Of a stretch of 64,000 nucleotides of DNA, positions 10,552 to 21,614 are shown one piece after another. This stretch comes from Balanoglossus misakiensis (taxonomy: Eukaryota > Animalia > Hemichordata). The DNA lies in assembly GCA_040954595.2 (NCBI GenBank), contig JBECUI020000030.1, forward strand, positions 124,001 to 188,000, written 5' to 3'. How positions within the stretch are numbered: the first letter of the stretch is position 1; every line of letters begins with the position of its first letter. Made by a program: the position numbers and the translations under genes. The notes beneath the pieces are model-generated. The model had not been told where the DNA came from, searched no databases, and worked only from the letters and a program-made list of their open reading frames with translations.

Positions 10552-10666
10552 AATTTTTTATCTCCTTATAAAAATATGCATCGTATGTTAGCACAGGTGC
10601 TACAAAAATGTCAATACACATATGCCCTTTTCTTTATATCTTTTTATTAGTATAATATCAAGTAAT

Positions 10667-11080
10667 ATGAATTATTTACAGGTGCTCAGGGAGTTCATCC
10701 AGTATGGATTCTTTTGGGTAATGATTGCATTATTGTTTATTAATGTATTACAACGTAAACACCATGACTTCTCAGTCCGAAAACGATATGCCACGCTGTA
10801 CCTAGCTTGCATTGCATTTGTTCTGTACTCTGCAGCAGGAATAATTGATCAGTACTTCTTTCCCGACTGGATATTGTTGCTCTTGCTCATTATCTCCCTT
10901 GTGCTCTGTATCGTGTTTAGAACACATCTCTTCCCTTTCCGACTGCGTAGTGTTCGTAGCAAACGGTTTCTTCCCTTTATCAGAATTATATGTTACGATA
11001 ACAACCTTCTCGAAGAAGAAGATAAGCAACCGGAAGAGGATCCCACCAATACTGACGCCTCCAATACTGACGTTCGTTAG
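10667..11080 (+). CDS. Hypothetical membrane protein (about 3 TM helices)
   Basis: Hydrophobic ORF filling the gap between ferritin and icd; TATAAT upstream; start may be 10622. Confidence 0.6.
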   Translation: MNYLQVLREFIQYGFFWVMIALLFINVLQRKHHDFSVRKRYATLYLACIAFVLYSAAGIIDQYFFPDWILLLLLIISLVLCIVFRTHLFPFRLRSVRSKRFLPFIRIICYDNNLLEEEDKQPEEDPTNTDASNTDVR

Positions 11081-12288
11081 CTTATATTCGCAATAATTGC
11101 CTGTGCAAAATCACTGGTAGAGACTTTTGTCGCATTATCCATGAGCCGAGCAAAGTCATAGGTTACCGTCTTGTTGGCAACAGCTGCCTGCATGCCGGTT
11201 CGTATAAGATCAGCAGCCTCTTGCCAACCCATGTATTCCAACATCATGCGACCAGATAAAATAACCGAACTGGGATTTACCATATTTTTTCCCGCATATT
11301 TCGGAGCCGTTCCATGTGTTGCCTCAAAAATAGCATGCCCGGTATCAAAATTAATATTTGCCCCCGGGGCAATTCCAATCCCCCCAACCTGAGCAGCAAG
11401 AGCATCCGATAAGTAATCACCATTGAGATTCATTGTAGCAATGACATCAAATTCCCTTGCACGCGTAAGAATCTGCTGCAAAAAAGCATCGGCAATAGCA
11501 TCTTTTACTAAAATTTTTCCTGCCGGAACTGGGCCGTTGCCGATATCATCATAGGTAACAATAGAATCGCCAAACTCTCGTTTTGCCAAGTCGTATCCCC
11601 ACTGACAAAATGCCCCTTCAGTAAACTTCATAATGTTCCCTTTATGTACAAGGGTAACTGATTGGCGCTTATGATCTATCGCATACTTGATAGCCGCTCG
11701 AACCAGCCGCTCTGTTCCGAAGGGCGATATCGGTTTAATGCCCAGCCCGGATTTGTCGCGAATGTTCCAATTCAAATTTTCTTTTAAGTAACGTATCAGG
11801 GATTGTGTTTCTTCACTTCCCGATTCAAGCTCAAACCCTGCATATACATCCTCAGTATTTTCGCGGAATACTACCATATCTACAAACTCAGGATGCTTGA
11901 CCGGACTCGGGATACCGGGGAAATAGACAACTGGTCGGAGACAAACATACAGATCCAGCCTTTGCCGTAATGCAACATTTAAGCTCCGAATGCCCCCACC
12001 TATTGGTGTGGTAAGTGGTCCCTTAATACCAACGAGGTATTCTTTCAGGACAGCTTCCGTCTCTTGTGGCAACCATTCTCCCGTGGCATCATAGGCCTTC
12101 TGGCCTGCTAATATTTCTTTCCACTCAATACGCCGCTTGCCTTTATAGGCAATCTCCACTACAGCATTGAACACTTGTACCGCAGCATCCCATATATCAG
12201 GACCGGTACCATCACCTTCAATGTACGGGATAATCGGGTTGTCAGAAACAACCAGTTTCCCACCGCTTTTTACAATCTTTTCACTCAT
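11077..12288 (-). CDS. icd: Isocitrate dehydrogenase (E. coli-type, likely NADP)
   Basis: [54 protein letters not shown]. Confidence 0.97.
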   Translation of the reverse strand: MSEKIVKSGGKLVVSDNPIIPYIEGDGTGPDIWDAAVQVFNAVVEIAYKGKRRIEWKEILAGQKAYDATGEWLPQETEAVLKEYLVGIKGPLTTPIGGGIRSLNVALRQRLDLYVCLRPVVYFPGIPSPVKHPEFVDMVVFRENTEDVYAGFELESGSEETQSLIRYLKENLNWNIRDKSGLGIKPISPFGTERLVRAAIKYAIDHKRQSVTLVHKGNIMKFTEGAFCQWGYDLAKREFGDSIVTYDDIGNGPVPAGKILVKDAIADAFLQQILTRAREFDVIATMNLNGDYLSDALAAQVGGIGIAPGANINFDTGHAIFEATHGTAPKYAGKNMVNPSSVILSGRMMLEYMGWQEAADLIRTGMQAAVANKTVTYDFARLMDNATKVSTSDFAQAIIANIS

Positions 12289-12394
12289 TTTTTGCTCCTT
12301 AATTTATTGCTATTAAACACTAGCCCTCAGAAGTATTATACACTGGATACGCAATATTGCAAATATACACAAGATAAGGTTATACTAAATTAGG

Positions 12395-13426
12395 ATGACT
12401 CGAGTACTACCTATTATATTTATTAGTATATTCTTGATAGTAGTGATATATATTCTCTCGCCAGTTGAGGTTACCATAGATTGGCAAGAACGTCTAGACA
12501 ATTTACTAGAAAGCTATGAATATACCTACCTATCAAGTGATGAATCCTTTATTTTCGTGCGTGAAATCGTTTCACACTTTATGAATGCGGGGAAAGAATC
12601 AGACATGATTGCATTTCTCGGCAGACATATACGCCGAGTGCCGAAAGATAAAAATAATGCCTACTATCTATTCCTTATTGGCTCGCAATACATGCAGCAA
12701 TCAGCACCAGGCATGTCCAGACTCTACTACATTCGTTCCATAAACGAACCAGATGTATATATAGACAATACGTCTATTCATTATCAATCATTACAACAAT
12801 TAGTTTCCCTTGAACAAGACCCATTCTATAAAATACGTTATATCACCCAGCTTCTTGACAGATTTTCCAATAATATAGAAGATATAGGCATATTATATTA
12901 TACATTGGGGAAAAATTACTCTGCACTTAGCGACTGGGAACTTGCCTACGATGCATATAAGACTTTTTTGCGCCTGTCGTATAACAACAAGAGAACCATT
13001 CCCTTCTATTCACAAACCCAGCAATGGATTTCCCTCTATGATTCCGAACGAGATTGGACAGTAACAACCCTTGATACACTCGTGAATTCAATTAAAAATG
13101 CACTCTATACAAAGAATGTTAATAAATTGTTGAGTTATCGGGCAAAAGAAAACTTTTTTACAATGAGCTGGAACCAGGAATCATTTGACCAAAATAGCCA
13201 GATTAAGACATTTAATATTGGTGCTTTTCTTCGTCGATCCTTGGTACGTTTTTCAAAAGACTTAGAACATTCTTCCAATGATAAAGAGGGATATTTACGC
13301 ACATGGGGATGGTCGCATCGTATACCGGTGTGGTACCTGTATTTTAGAAAAATTGATTTTGAAGCTGATCCTTCAATAAATGGAAACTGGGAATGGGCAG
13401 GAATATTTTTCGGCAACTCGCTATAA
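12395..13426 (+). CDS. Membrane-anchored TPR-like protein
   Basis: N-terminal TM helix, TPR-like helices (YYTLGKNY...WELAYDAYK), C-terminal WEWAGIFFG. Confidence 0.7.
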   Translation: MTRVLPIIFISIFLIVVIYILSPVEVTIDWQERLDNLLESYEYTYLSSDESFIFVREIVSHFMNAGKESDMIAFLGRHIRRVPKDKNNAYYLFLIGSQYMQQSAPGMSRLYYIRSINEPDVYIDNTSIHYQSLQQLVSLEQDPFYKIRYITQLLDRFSNNIEDIGILYYTLGKNYSALSDWELAYDAYKTFLRLSYNNKRTIPFYSQTQQWISLYDSERDWTVTTLDTLVNSIKNALYTKNVNKLLSYRAKENFFTMSWNQESFDQNSQIKTFNIGAFLRRSLVRFSKDLEHSSNDKEGYLRTWGWSHRIPVWYLYFRKIDFEADPSINGNWEWAGIFFGNSL

Positions 13427-14286
13427 TTTGCATTACTCTGACGACAACTATACCGATCCACGCAATCGATATATCATTTGAGCTCGATTGGCAGGTGCCC
13501 AGGATGAGTATCGTGTTAGAAAAAGATGTAGAAATTAATGCCACGAATCGACCGACTGCATTATCTGCCGCACAGCAAGAATTACTCGTATACTTTCCTA
13601 CCAGCATATTGCAATCGTTTCAAAATATCCTGCTTATTAACTCTCTATACACCTTTGAGCAGGTACTTGTAAACACTCCTGCTCTTCTTAACGAAATACT
13701 GAGTATGCCTATTGATAATACACAGTTCGTTATTGGTTCCTCAAATGATCTGACACGGGCACGCGTACAAGGAACTGTTAACCTTGTTCCGGACATCAGC
13801 AGCATTATAGTACGAGACCCACAGAAGGGGGTATTGCCGTCGATCCTTGAATGGCATCCATCGGTACAAAATAAAACCGGCATTGTTATCTATGCACAGG
13901 ATCCCCTGCAACTGTACGGTACCGACCAGGTAGCATTCCTTCAGCCTGCACTTTTTCCGGAAATAATGGATAGCAACCTGCGCGTTCTATACGGAATGCA
14001 GTTTATTACACCCGATCGTCTGCATGCACAACCCTTAGTAGCATATACCGACCAACTTAATGATGAAGAGCGCTGGGTATCTCGTATCGGATTAAACCCA
14101 ATACGCATAATTGCCACAGGCATCTTCGGTAAATATCCCAGCGATCCTATTATACCCGTACAAGATGCAAATTACCTTCTTGCAAGCGAAAGACATAACC
14201 AACTACTTTCCAGAGGAAGAATCTTAATAATTGTATCACCAAATACAAGAATACAACGAAGTACAATCAATAATGCGGAAAAATAA
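13393..14286 (+). CDS. Secreted hypothetical protein
   Basis: Signal peptide (IHA/ID); TGIVIYA, PALFPEI; overlaps both neighbours as in an operon. Confidence 0.65.
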   Translation: MGRNIFRQLAIICITLTTTIPIHAIDISFELDWQVPRMSIVLEKDVEINATNRPTALSAAQQELLVYFPTSILQSFQNILLINSLYTFEQVLVNTPALLNEILSMPIDNTQFVIGSSNDLTRARVQGTVNLVPDISSIIVRDPQKGVLPSILEWHPSVQNKTGIVIYAQDPLQLYGTDQVAFLQPALFPEIMDSNLRVLYGMQFITPDRLHAQPLVAYTDQLNDEERWVSRIGLNPIRIIATGIFGKYPSDPIIPVQDANYLLASERHNQLLSRGRILIIVSPNTRIQRSTINNAEK

Positions 14287-15580
14287 ATTGATTTATCTTA
14301 TTCCTTTCCTCTTACTTACCCTATCCGCTTGTGAGCGATCCATCGGATATGGAGTTCTCCTGTGGCCTGATAATACCGATAATACTTCCGAAATTCCTCC
14401 GGGCACGGTTCTCAAAATATTCTCCGAATCTGGGCTAAACGGCACTTACCAATTTCGTCCGATAGATTCAGATTCCCCCGACCTCCTGTTTAATACCCCA
14501 ACATGGCGCATAGCGTTCAATTCATCACAATCAGCAGCAGAGCAGGCAAGCAAAGACTACGAACCGTATCGCTACCTCGTAGGCAGATCGAAACGCAAAG
14601 GACTGCCGGTACGAGAAACTCAGGATCGATTATCTCCTATTGTATACCGCATGAGGAATCAGGAAATCAGTAAGATTATCTTACGGGGCGAAAAGAGTGA
14701 TGAGGCGGGCTTTATCGATTACTGGTATAAGATACTAACAATCGAGGGATCTGAGGGATGGATCTTCGGATATTATCTTGATGTATACTCCTTGCTGGAT
14801 GATAGCGCATCATTACAACAGAGTGAGGCTGACCAGAATATTAATACCCTCCTAGGAACAGTCTGGCGTCCGGCTTATTATCAAGAAATGATAGATGATC
14901 AACAAATTGTTCTCAACCGCTTTGATACCCGTTTCAAATTCTTTGCCAGTCCTGACGCTTTTACGTTAGTTATTCCCCAACATGCCGCATCTTTTCCGTA
15001 TACCGGCATTAAAAAAATTCGTACAAACCTATACGTCGCCCTTGGTAGCAGTCTGCAAATTTTCTTTTCCACAAGTAGATCGATCTCTCTCACATATGAA
15101 TGGGAAAACGAAGAGTATAGCATCGCTATGACTGCCATTAGTGAAGATATTAATACAATTATTCAACAAGAACTGGAACGTCGTAACATTATGTATCAGT
15201 CCTTAATAAGCCGCGGCACCCTTCTTGCAAGTGATACCTACGGTCAAATCCGACTCTTTCCTAACCAGGATTTTATTTGGAACGAGCATGAAACATTTAG
15301 TTCCAACGCATTATCCGGTAATTTCCCGGGAAAAGGTATCATAGCCCTTGATATATTTCTTGATAAGAGCATAGATAAACGCAACCAATACGATGGAGCA
15401 TTTTCTATGTACTTTACTGCAAGCAATTCAAAAAAGGAACCAATCTATTTTATGTATGCACTTGCCGAGCAAGGCATTCGCTTAGTACATATTCCCACCC
15501 AACTTGTTCAGCATAACATTGTGCAACAAATACCTGTATCACCAATTATACTATTTTTTAGTTTCGCGGATATTCGGTAA
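14273..15580 (+). CDS. Lipoprotein with SH3-like domain
   Basis: MRKNK...LTLSA-C lipobox; WYKILTIEGSEGWIFGYYL SH3b-like motif. Confidence 0.75.
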   Translation: MRKNKLIYLIPFLLLTLSACERSIGYGVLLWPDNTDNTSEIPPGTVLKIFSESGLNGTYQFRPIDSDSPDLLFNTPTWRIAFNSSQSAAEQASKDYEPYRYLVGRSKRKGLPVRETQDRLSPIVYRMRNQEISKIILRGEKSDEAGFIDYWYKILTIEGSEGWIFGYYLDVYSLLDDSASLQQSEADQNINTLLGTVWRPAYYQEMIDDQQIVLNRFDTRFKFFASPDAFTLVIPQHAASFPYTGIKKIRTNLYVALGSSLQIFFSTSRSISLTYEWENEEYSIAMTAISEDINTIIQQELERRNIMYQSLISRGTLLASDTYGQIRLFPNQDFIWNEHETFSSNALSGNFPGKGIIALDIFLDKSIDKRNQYDGAFSMYFTASNSKKEPIYFMYALAEQGIRLVHIPTQLVQHNIVQQIPVSPIILFFSFADIR

Positions 15581-15624
15581 ATTTATTCTTGTTTTTCCTT
15601 ATCTATTGGCATATACTATAATAT

Positions 15625-16386
15625 ATGAGCTCGATTATTTCATGGAATGTCAACGGCATTCGTGCTGCAGAGAAAAAAGGTCTTTTCTCATTTCTTGCAT
15701 CTGCTAAACCTGACATACTTTGCTTACAGGAAACTAAGGCAACACAGGAGCAATTAACTGATGTATTCACTAATCCTCCGGGATATACCGCATACTGGAG
15801 TAGTGCGGAAAAAAAGGGATACAGCGGTGTTGCCGTATATAGCCGCGAAGAACCTTTGCAGTGCAAAACTATGGGCAATGAGCCCTTTGATAATGAAGGT
15901 CGGGTCTTGCACCTATCCTACAAGAACTTTGAACTTATCAATACGTATTTCCCCAACAGTCAGCCGGAGGGGAAACGCTTATCTTATAAATTGGCATTCT
16001 GTTCTGCAATCCTGGAATATTGCAATGAACTGATAAAACAAAAGAAAGACCTTATCCTCTGTGGAGATTTTAATATTGCACATAAGCCAATTGATCTCGA
16101 ACATCCGGCGGCTAATGTCAAAAACCCAGGTTATCTTCCCGAAGAACGAAACTGGATGGATACCTTTGTTGATGCAGGGTATATTGATGTGTTTAGACAA
16201 TTCTGCACTGAACCGAAACAGTATACTTGGTGGTCTTACCGCTCTAATGCAAGAGAAAACAATGTAGGATGGCGATTGGACTACTACTTTGTACATCAGC
16301 ATTCACTGAAGCGAGTACAAAATATAGAGATTCTAAAAACTGTATATGGTTCGGACCATTGTCCGGTACAATTAGTATTTGATTAG
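15625..16386 (+). CDS. xth: Exodeoxyribonuclease III
   Basis: SWNVNGIRA, LCLQETK, GDFNIAH, YTWWSYR, GSDHCPV. Confidence 0.96.
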   Translation: MSSIISWNVNGIRAAEKKGLFSFLASAKPDILCLQETKATQEQLTDVFTNPPGYTAYWSSAEKKGYSGVAVYSREEPLQCKTMGNEPFDNEGRVLHLSYKNFELINTYFPNSQPEGKRLSYKLAFCSAILEYCNELIKQKKDLILCGDFNIAHKPIDLEHPAANVKNPGYLPEERNWMDTFVDAGYIDVFRQFCTEPKQYTWWSYRSNARENNVGWRLDYYFVHQHSLKRVQNIEILKTVYGSDHCPVQLVFD

Positions 16387-16402
16387 GAGAAACTTTTAAA
16401 AT

Positions 16403-17044
16403 ATGCGTGTTAAAAAGAGAAGACCTATTTTCCCCATTGGCACTGTTCTCTTACCGCACGCGTCCCTCTCCTTACATATCTTTGAAAAACGATTTATGAA
16501 TATGTTGTTTTACTGCAAGAAAAACAATCATGAATTCGGGGTATTGTTTCTCTGCGGCAAAACTATGCAGCGGACCGGATGCTTGGCGGAAATTGTACAT
16601 ATTACACAGAAAAAAAACAATGGCCCCTTGAGCGTTATTATACGAGGTACAAAACGCTTTGTTATCCGTAAGTTCTATAATACTGATAAAACCCCAGAAG
16701 CAAAAATCGATATTATCCGGGATCGCGTTGCCATCCCGTCCCACCTTGTATCGGTCATAAAGGACGTTCAAAAAGACTGGTATCAGTTCGTACAGCTGAT
16801 ACAACAGAATCCTCCGAAGGTTGATCTGAACAATTATGGTCCGGAAGAGTTGTCTTTTCGTATGGGGAGCCTGGACATACTAAGTATACGTGAAAAACAA
16901 GAACTGCTTGAACTACGTTCTACAAAAAAGAGATTGATACAAGTACATAAATTACTAACACAAGCTATTACTCAGCGAAAAATACTGACAAATTTGAATA
17001 ACTTTGTTAGTTCGGTTGAAGAATTACAGCATATTCTCAACTAG
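16403..17044 (+). CDS. Stand-alone Lon N-terminal substrate-binding domain protein
   Basis: PIFP..VLLP..LHIFEKRF, KQELLE; no ATPase or protease domain. Confidence 0.8.
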   Translation: MRVKKRRPIFPIGTVLLPHASLSLHIFEKRFMNMLFYCKKNNHEFGVLFLCGKTMQRTGCLAEIVHITQKKNNGPLSVIIRGTKRFVIRKFYNTDKTPEAKIDIIRDRVAIPSHLVSVIKDVQKDWYQFVQLIQQNPPKVDLNNYGPEELSFRMGSLDILSIREKQELLELRSTKKRLIQVHKLLTQAITQRKILTNLNNFVSSVEELQHILN

Positions 17045-17049
17045 TAGTT

Positions 17050-17397
17050 TTACTTCATTGCCCGATCAATAGATTCCCAGCCAATACCTACCAAGACATC
17101 ACCATGGAATACAAGGGGTGTATATAACTCTTCAAGCGCATTCGTATCGCTGGCCATTTGTATCCGAACAAAATAAATATATACATCAACTCCGCGTTGA
17201 TCTATATAGCGTATCGGCGAGCGCTGATATCTCTTAGGTATTTGATCTTGTATTTCTTTTAAGCTAGCAATGACATCAGTCAAACGAGAACCAATCTCTA
17301 ATTGCTCCACCGCCGCGTTTAACTCTTCTACGCGAGGCGAAACACATCCAGTAAAGAATATACTGAACAATATGATTGGCAATAATAAGTGTTTCAT
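17050..17397 (-). CDS. Small lipoprotein (DUF3192-like)
   Basis: Lipobox FTG-C; C-terminal YTPLVFHGDVLVGIGW. Confidence 0.65.
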   Translation of the reverse strand: MKHLLLPIILFSIFFTGCVSPRVEELNAAVEQLEIGSRLTDVIASLKEIQDQIPKRYQRSPIRYIDQRGVDVYIYFVRIQMASDTNALEELYTPLVFHGDVLVGIGWESIDRAMK

Positions 17398-17596
17398 ACT
17401 AACCTCATTACTTTCATTGTCGACAATTTTTTTTTTATAATTATGAATTATTCACACAAATAATAAAAATCTAAAAGATTTTTGTTGTTTTACAACATAA
17501 TCACCTATTAATACTACACAAAAATGGTATATATAGTCTATACTCACAACGATGATATTATCTCATTACACAAATATTTTCTTATGAAACCCTGTT

Positions 17597-19726
17597 ATGC
17601 TGAATGTTTATAGACGAGAAGAGCCTCTTGCCTCCCGTATGCGCCCCCGAACCATTAATGAGTTTGTGGGACAGGACCACATTCTCGGCAATGGGCGCCT
17701 CCTTCGGCGGGCAATTATGTCGGATCAAATTTCTTCCCTGATCTTTTCCGGGCCCCCAGGTTCGGGGAAGACATCTCTTGCACGAGTTATTGCAAATCAT
17801 ACTCAGGCAATATTTGAACAGTTAAACGCAGTGCTTGCAGGCATTGCCGAACTGCGAAAAACTATAGCAATAGCACAAGAGAGGAAGAAAGAACATGATG
17901 CACGGACAATTCTCTTTGTTGATGAAGTCCACCGCTGGAACAAGGCCCAGCAAGATGCATTATTGCCCTGGGTTGAAAATGGAACTGTTATTTTTATTGG
18001 TGCCACAACTGAAAACCCTTTCTTTGAAGTGAACAATGCCCTTGTTTCCCGTAGCCGCATTTTTCTTCTGAAAACACTCCAGAAAAATGACTTAAAAAAG
18101 ATTGTGCATACGGCCTTACAAGATAAAGAACACGGATATGGGAAATACCATGTAACAATAGATGACGATGCCTTAGAACACTTACTGGTCAGTGCAAATG
18201 GGGATGCACGGAATCTATTGAATGCCCTTGAACTCGCAGTAGAGACATCTGTCTCTTCTTTTCCGCCGCCACCGAATACTCATATCAACATTGATCTGTC
18301 GGTAGCTGAAGAAAGTATACAAAACAAAGCCGTGCTCTATGATAAAGAGGGAGACTATCACTATGATACAATATCTGCTTTTATCAAGTCCGTGCGTGGC
18401 AGCGATCCGGATGCTGCACTATACTGGCTAGCACGGATGGTCGCCGCTGGAGAATCCGGGCGGTATATATTACGACGCCTGTTAATACTTGCCAGCGAGG
18501 ACGTTGGTCTTGCTGACCCCCATGCCCTTCCGCTTGTTCAAGCTGCAGCCGATGCCTTCGACAGGGTAGGAATGCCCGAAGGGGTGTACTTTCTTGCAGA
18601 AGCAAGCCTGTATCTTTCAACTGCAGAAAAGTCTAACAGCATACAAGGATTCTTTGATGCACTAAAGATCGCTGAACTGTCTGAAACTGTTCCTACTCAT
18701 CTCAAAGACGGTAGCCGTGATTCCACAGCATTTGGACATGGTGCACAGTATAAATATCCGCATAGCTATGTAGAGCATTGGGTTGCACAGCAATACTTAC
18801 CTGATGCGTTAAAGGGTCGTGTTTTTTATCACCTAGGTAGCCGTGGATACGAACAAACTATCTCAGATGTAGTAAACCGCAGACGTGAAGCTCAGTTAGC
18901 AGCTGATGTAGAAACCGAGTTCCATGAAGTCCTTACATTTACTCCTGGTAAAGCGGCAGAGCGCTGGTATAAACAGGTAGTATCAGACCTCAGTAAACAT
19001 CAGGAGGAACTGCGGAACCGCCTGTTTCACAATCTGCCGATTCAACGACACCTGCGCTGTGTACTTCTGGGCATGGCAGCCGAACTATTTGCTTGGGAGT
19101 TGATACGAAAATGCCCGGAGGGAGAACTCCGTATTCATACAGACAAGCGTTCGGAACAGATCATACAATACAATAGTAAGAAACTAGAAACAATCCAACA
19201 ACCGATAATGTGTAAGCACTACGAAGAGATTACAAAAGACGGTTACACGGCTGAACTGCTTGTTTCTTATAATACGCTCTTGCAAAACGCCTTGGAACAA
19301 GCGAGTAGCCATTCCCTCAGTATGACGCATGCACTATGTACGCCGGGGGCATATGCCCTGTTCGTAGAATTAGTACCGGCTATGGGAACACGGTTGTCGG
19401 AATACATAACCGGTCAGTACCAAGAAATGCTTCAAGCAGTGGAAGAAGAAATATACCTCATTGACACAAAGAAAATGCTCATCAAATTGCATACAGCGGG
19501 GTTTGAAGAATTAACCCATGAAACCTTTTTAGCTGAAGGTGCACGACATATCACGCCCGAACAAATTGAAACATGGATGAAGAATGGAATATACGGGCGA
19601 GTCATTCAGGAACAATGGGATAGAGCTACGGCAGAAAAAATATCTGCAGAACTTATCCATAATGTGGGGAATCAACATATCAAATGGAAACGGGCATACC
19701 TCATTGCCCGTATGACACGAAAATAA
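17597..19726 (+). CDS. rarA: Replication-associated recombination protein RarA/MgsA with long C-terminal extension
   Basis: [52 protein letters not shown]. Confidence 0.92.
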   Translation: MLNVYRREEPLASRMRPRTINEFVGQDHILGNGRLLRRAIMSDQISSLIFSGPPGSGKTSLARVIANHTQAIFEQLNAVLAGIAELRKTIAIAQERKKEHDARTILFVDEVHRWNKAQQDALLPWVENGTVIFIGATTENPFFEVNNALVSRSRIFLLKTLQKNDLKKIVHTALQDKEHGYGKYHVTIDDDALEHLLVSANGDARNLLNALELAVETSVSSFPPPPNTHINIDLSVAEESIQNKAVLYDKEGDYHYDTISAFIKSVRGSDPDAALYWLARMVAAGESGRYILRRLLILASEDVGLADPHALPLVQAAADAFDRVGMPEGVYFLAEASLYLSTAEKSNSIQGFFDALKIAELSETVPTHLKDGSRDSTAFGHGAQYKYPHSYVEHWVAQQYLPDALKGRVFYHLGSRGYEQTISDVVNRRREAQLAADVETEFHEVLTFTPGKAAERWYKQVVSDLSKHQEELRNRLFHNLPIQRHLRCVLLGMAAELFAWELIRKCPEGELRIHTDKRSEQIIQYNSKKLETIQQPIMCKHYEEITKDGYTAELLVSYNTLLQNALEQASSHSLSMTHALCTPGAYALFVELVPAMGTRLSEYITGQYQEMLQAVEEEIYLIDTKKMLIKLHTAGFEELTHETFLAEGARHITPEQIETWMKNGIYGRVIQEQWDRATAEKISAELIHNVGNQHIKWKRAYLIARMTRK

Positions 19727-19820
19727 TTGTTTCCGTCGCTCTATAATAAAGCTTCACATGAAAAAATATAGTTTTCTTTATAATAGCAACAAAGATCTAT
19801 TAATTAGGATATAATACTTT

Positions 19821-20498
19821 ATGAAACGGAAGGCAATGCATGAAACTATCCCCCCTGCACTGGTTAACAGCATATCACAGCATAAACTTATTGCAGTATT
19901 AGTCATTGATAAGATAGAGAGCGTTCGCCCGCTTATGGATACATTGTATGATGCCGGACTGAAGATAGTTGAGCTTACTCTTCGAAGCGACGTTGCCTTA
20001 GAAGCCATGTCCATAGTCAAAAAAGAATACTCTGACATCATATTAGGTGCGGGCACTGTACTGACCTCCGAGCAGCTTCATCAAGCATACGATTGTGGGG
20101 TTGATTTTGCAGTTGCTCCCGGTTTGAATGAACTGATACTCAAAGAGGCTATACGGATTTCACTTCCTTTTTTCCCGGGGGTTATGACTCCGTCCGAAAT
20201 TGATCGGGCTGCCAGTTACGGCTGCCGCATGCTGAAATTTTTTCCATCCGGCACTGTTGGTGGGCTTTCATATCTCAGAACAGCCAATGCCCCCTATGCC
20301 CACCTCGGCATTACTTACATTCCTCTCGGTGGAATAAATAGCAACAATCTTAAAGAATACATAAAGAGCCCCATTATCCATGCCGTTGGGGGGTCTTGGC
20401 TTGCTTCCAGACAACTAATTACCGAGAAACAATGGACACAGATTGCCAATAATGTAAAAGAAGCTATACAAATTATTCAGGAGGCAGATAATGAATAA
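19821..20498 (+). CDS. eda: KDPG/KHG aldolase
   Basis: ELTLRS, GAGTVL, PGVMTPSEI, LKFFP, PLGGI. Confidence 0.94.
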   Translation: MKRKAMHETIPPALVNSISQHKLIAVLVIDKIESVRPLMDTLYDAGLKIVELTLRSDVALEAMSIVKKEYSDIILGAGTVLTSEQLHQAYDCGVDFAVAPGLNELILKEAIRISLPFFPGVMTPSEIDRAASYGCRMLKFFPSGTVGGLSYLRTANAPYAHLGITYIPLGGINSNNLKEYIKSPIIHAVGGSWLASRQLITEKQWTQIANNVKEAIQIIQEADNE

Positions 20499-21588
20499 AA
20501 AGATAGTATGCTTTGGTGAAATAATGTTGCGATATATAACAACTCAACAGAAGAAATTTGTACAGTCCTTTCCCGGAAAACTAGAGGCAAGTTTTGGCGG
20601 GGCCGAAGCCAATGTTGCGCTCTCCCTCTCCCTCCTGGGTGATAGAAATGCCTGTTTTGTTACTTCACTTCCTAAACACGAAATAGCTGATGCCTGCGTC
20701 AATCAGCTACGCGGACTTCAAACGAATGTCAATTATATACACCGGTCCGATATAGGACGGCTTGGTGTATACTATGTAGAACCCGGAGCAACCCAGCGCC
20801 CGTCTAAGGTTATCTACGATAGAGCATATTCATCGGTTTCCATGACTGACCATACTGTGTATAAGTGGGACGAAATATTGAAAGATTGTGCAGCATTTCA
20901 TATTACGGGAATTACGCCCGCCCTCTCTAAAACAGCAGCAGAAACTGTTCTATATGCCTTACAGCAAGCAAAAAAACGTAATATTAACACATTTTGCGAC
21001 TTGAATTTTAGAAAGAAACTATGGAAATGGGAAGAGGGCACTGACTCTCAAACACTGGCAAGAAAAACTATGGCAGAACTGGTTAAGCATGTCGATGTTC
21101 TTATTGCAAACGAGCAAGATGCAAGCGATATTCTTGATATTCAAGCTCCAAATACTGATGTCGAAAGTGGATCTATCAATTACGACGGATATATATACGT
21201 AGCAAAAGAAATTGTTGCTCAATACCCGCATGTAAAAAAAGTTGCAATTACTTTGAGAGAAAGTATTTCTGCCTCTCACAATAATTGGGGAGCAATGTTG
21301 TATGATGCGGAAAGTCAGAACACATATTTTGCACCACTATCAAACTATACGTACACACCGTATCGCATTACTCATATAGTAGATAGGATTGGCGGAGGGG
21401 ATGCATTTGCTGCAGGGTTATTATATGCCTTGACTGATGAATATCTTTCTGCTCCCGCAGATGCCATTGCATTTGCCGCAGCTGCCAGTTGTCTTGCTCA
21501 CTCTATCAAAGGGGATATTAATTTTACAACGAAAGCAGAGGTGCTTGCCCTTATGCAAGGTCATGCAAGTGGTCGTGTTCAGCGATGA
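20491..21588 (+). CDS. kdgK: 2-keto-3-deoxygluconate kinase (PfkB family)
   Basis: FGEIMLR, GGAEANVA, DLNFRKKLW, DRIGGGDAFAAG. Confidence 0.92.
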   Translation: MNKKIVCFGEIMLRYITTQQKKFVQSFPGKLEASFGGAEANVALSLSLLGDRNACFVTSLPKHEIADACVNQLRGLQTNVNYIHRSDIGRLGVYYVEPGATQRPSKVIYDRAYSSVSMTDHTVYKWDEILKDCAAFHITGITPALSKTAAETVLYALQQAKKRNINTFCDLNFRKKLWKWEEGTDSQTLARKTMAELVKHVDVLIANEQDASDILDIQAPNTDVESGSINYDGYIYVAKEIVAQYPHVKKVAITLRESISASHNNWGAMLYDAESQNTYFAPLSNYTYTPYRITHIVDRIGGGDAFAAGLLYALTDEYLSAPADAIAFAAAASCLAHSIKGDINFTTKAEVLALMQGHASGRVQR

Positions 21589-21614
21589 CAGCAAAATTAT
21601 TGTACACCGATCTT

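Noticed and set aside
10588-10603. TTAGCAC-AG-GTGCTA palindrome upstream of ferritin as a CIRCE element
   Set aside because: CIRCE needs TTAGCACTC-N9-GAGTGCTAA; the spacing is wrong and the palindrome is short.
17398-17596. AT-rich intergenic region as replication origin
   Set aside because: Only one DnaA-box match (17448); it is adequately explained as a divergent promoter region.
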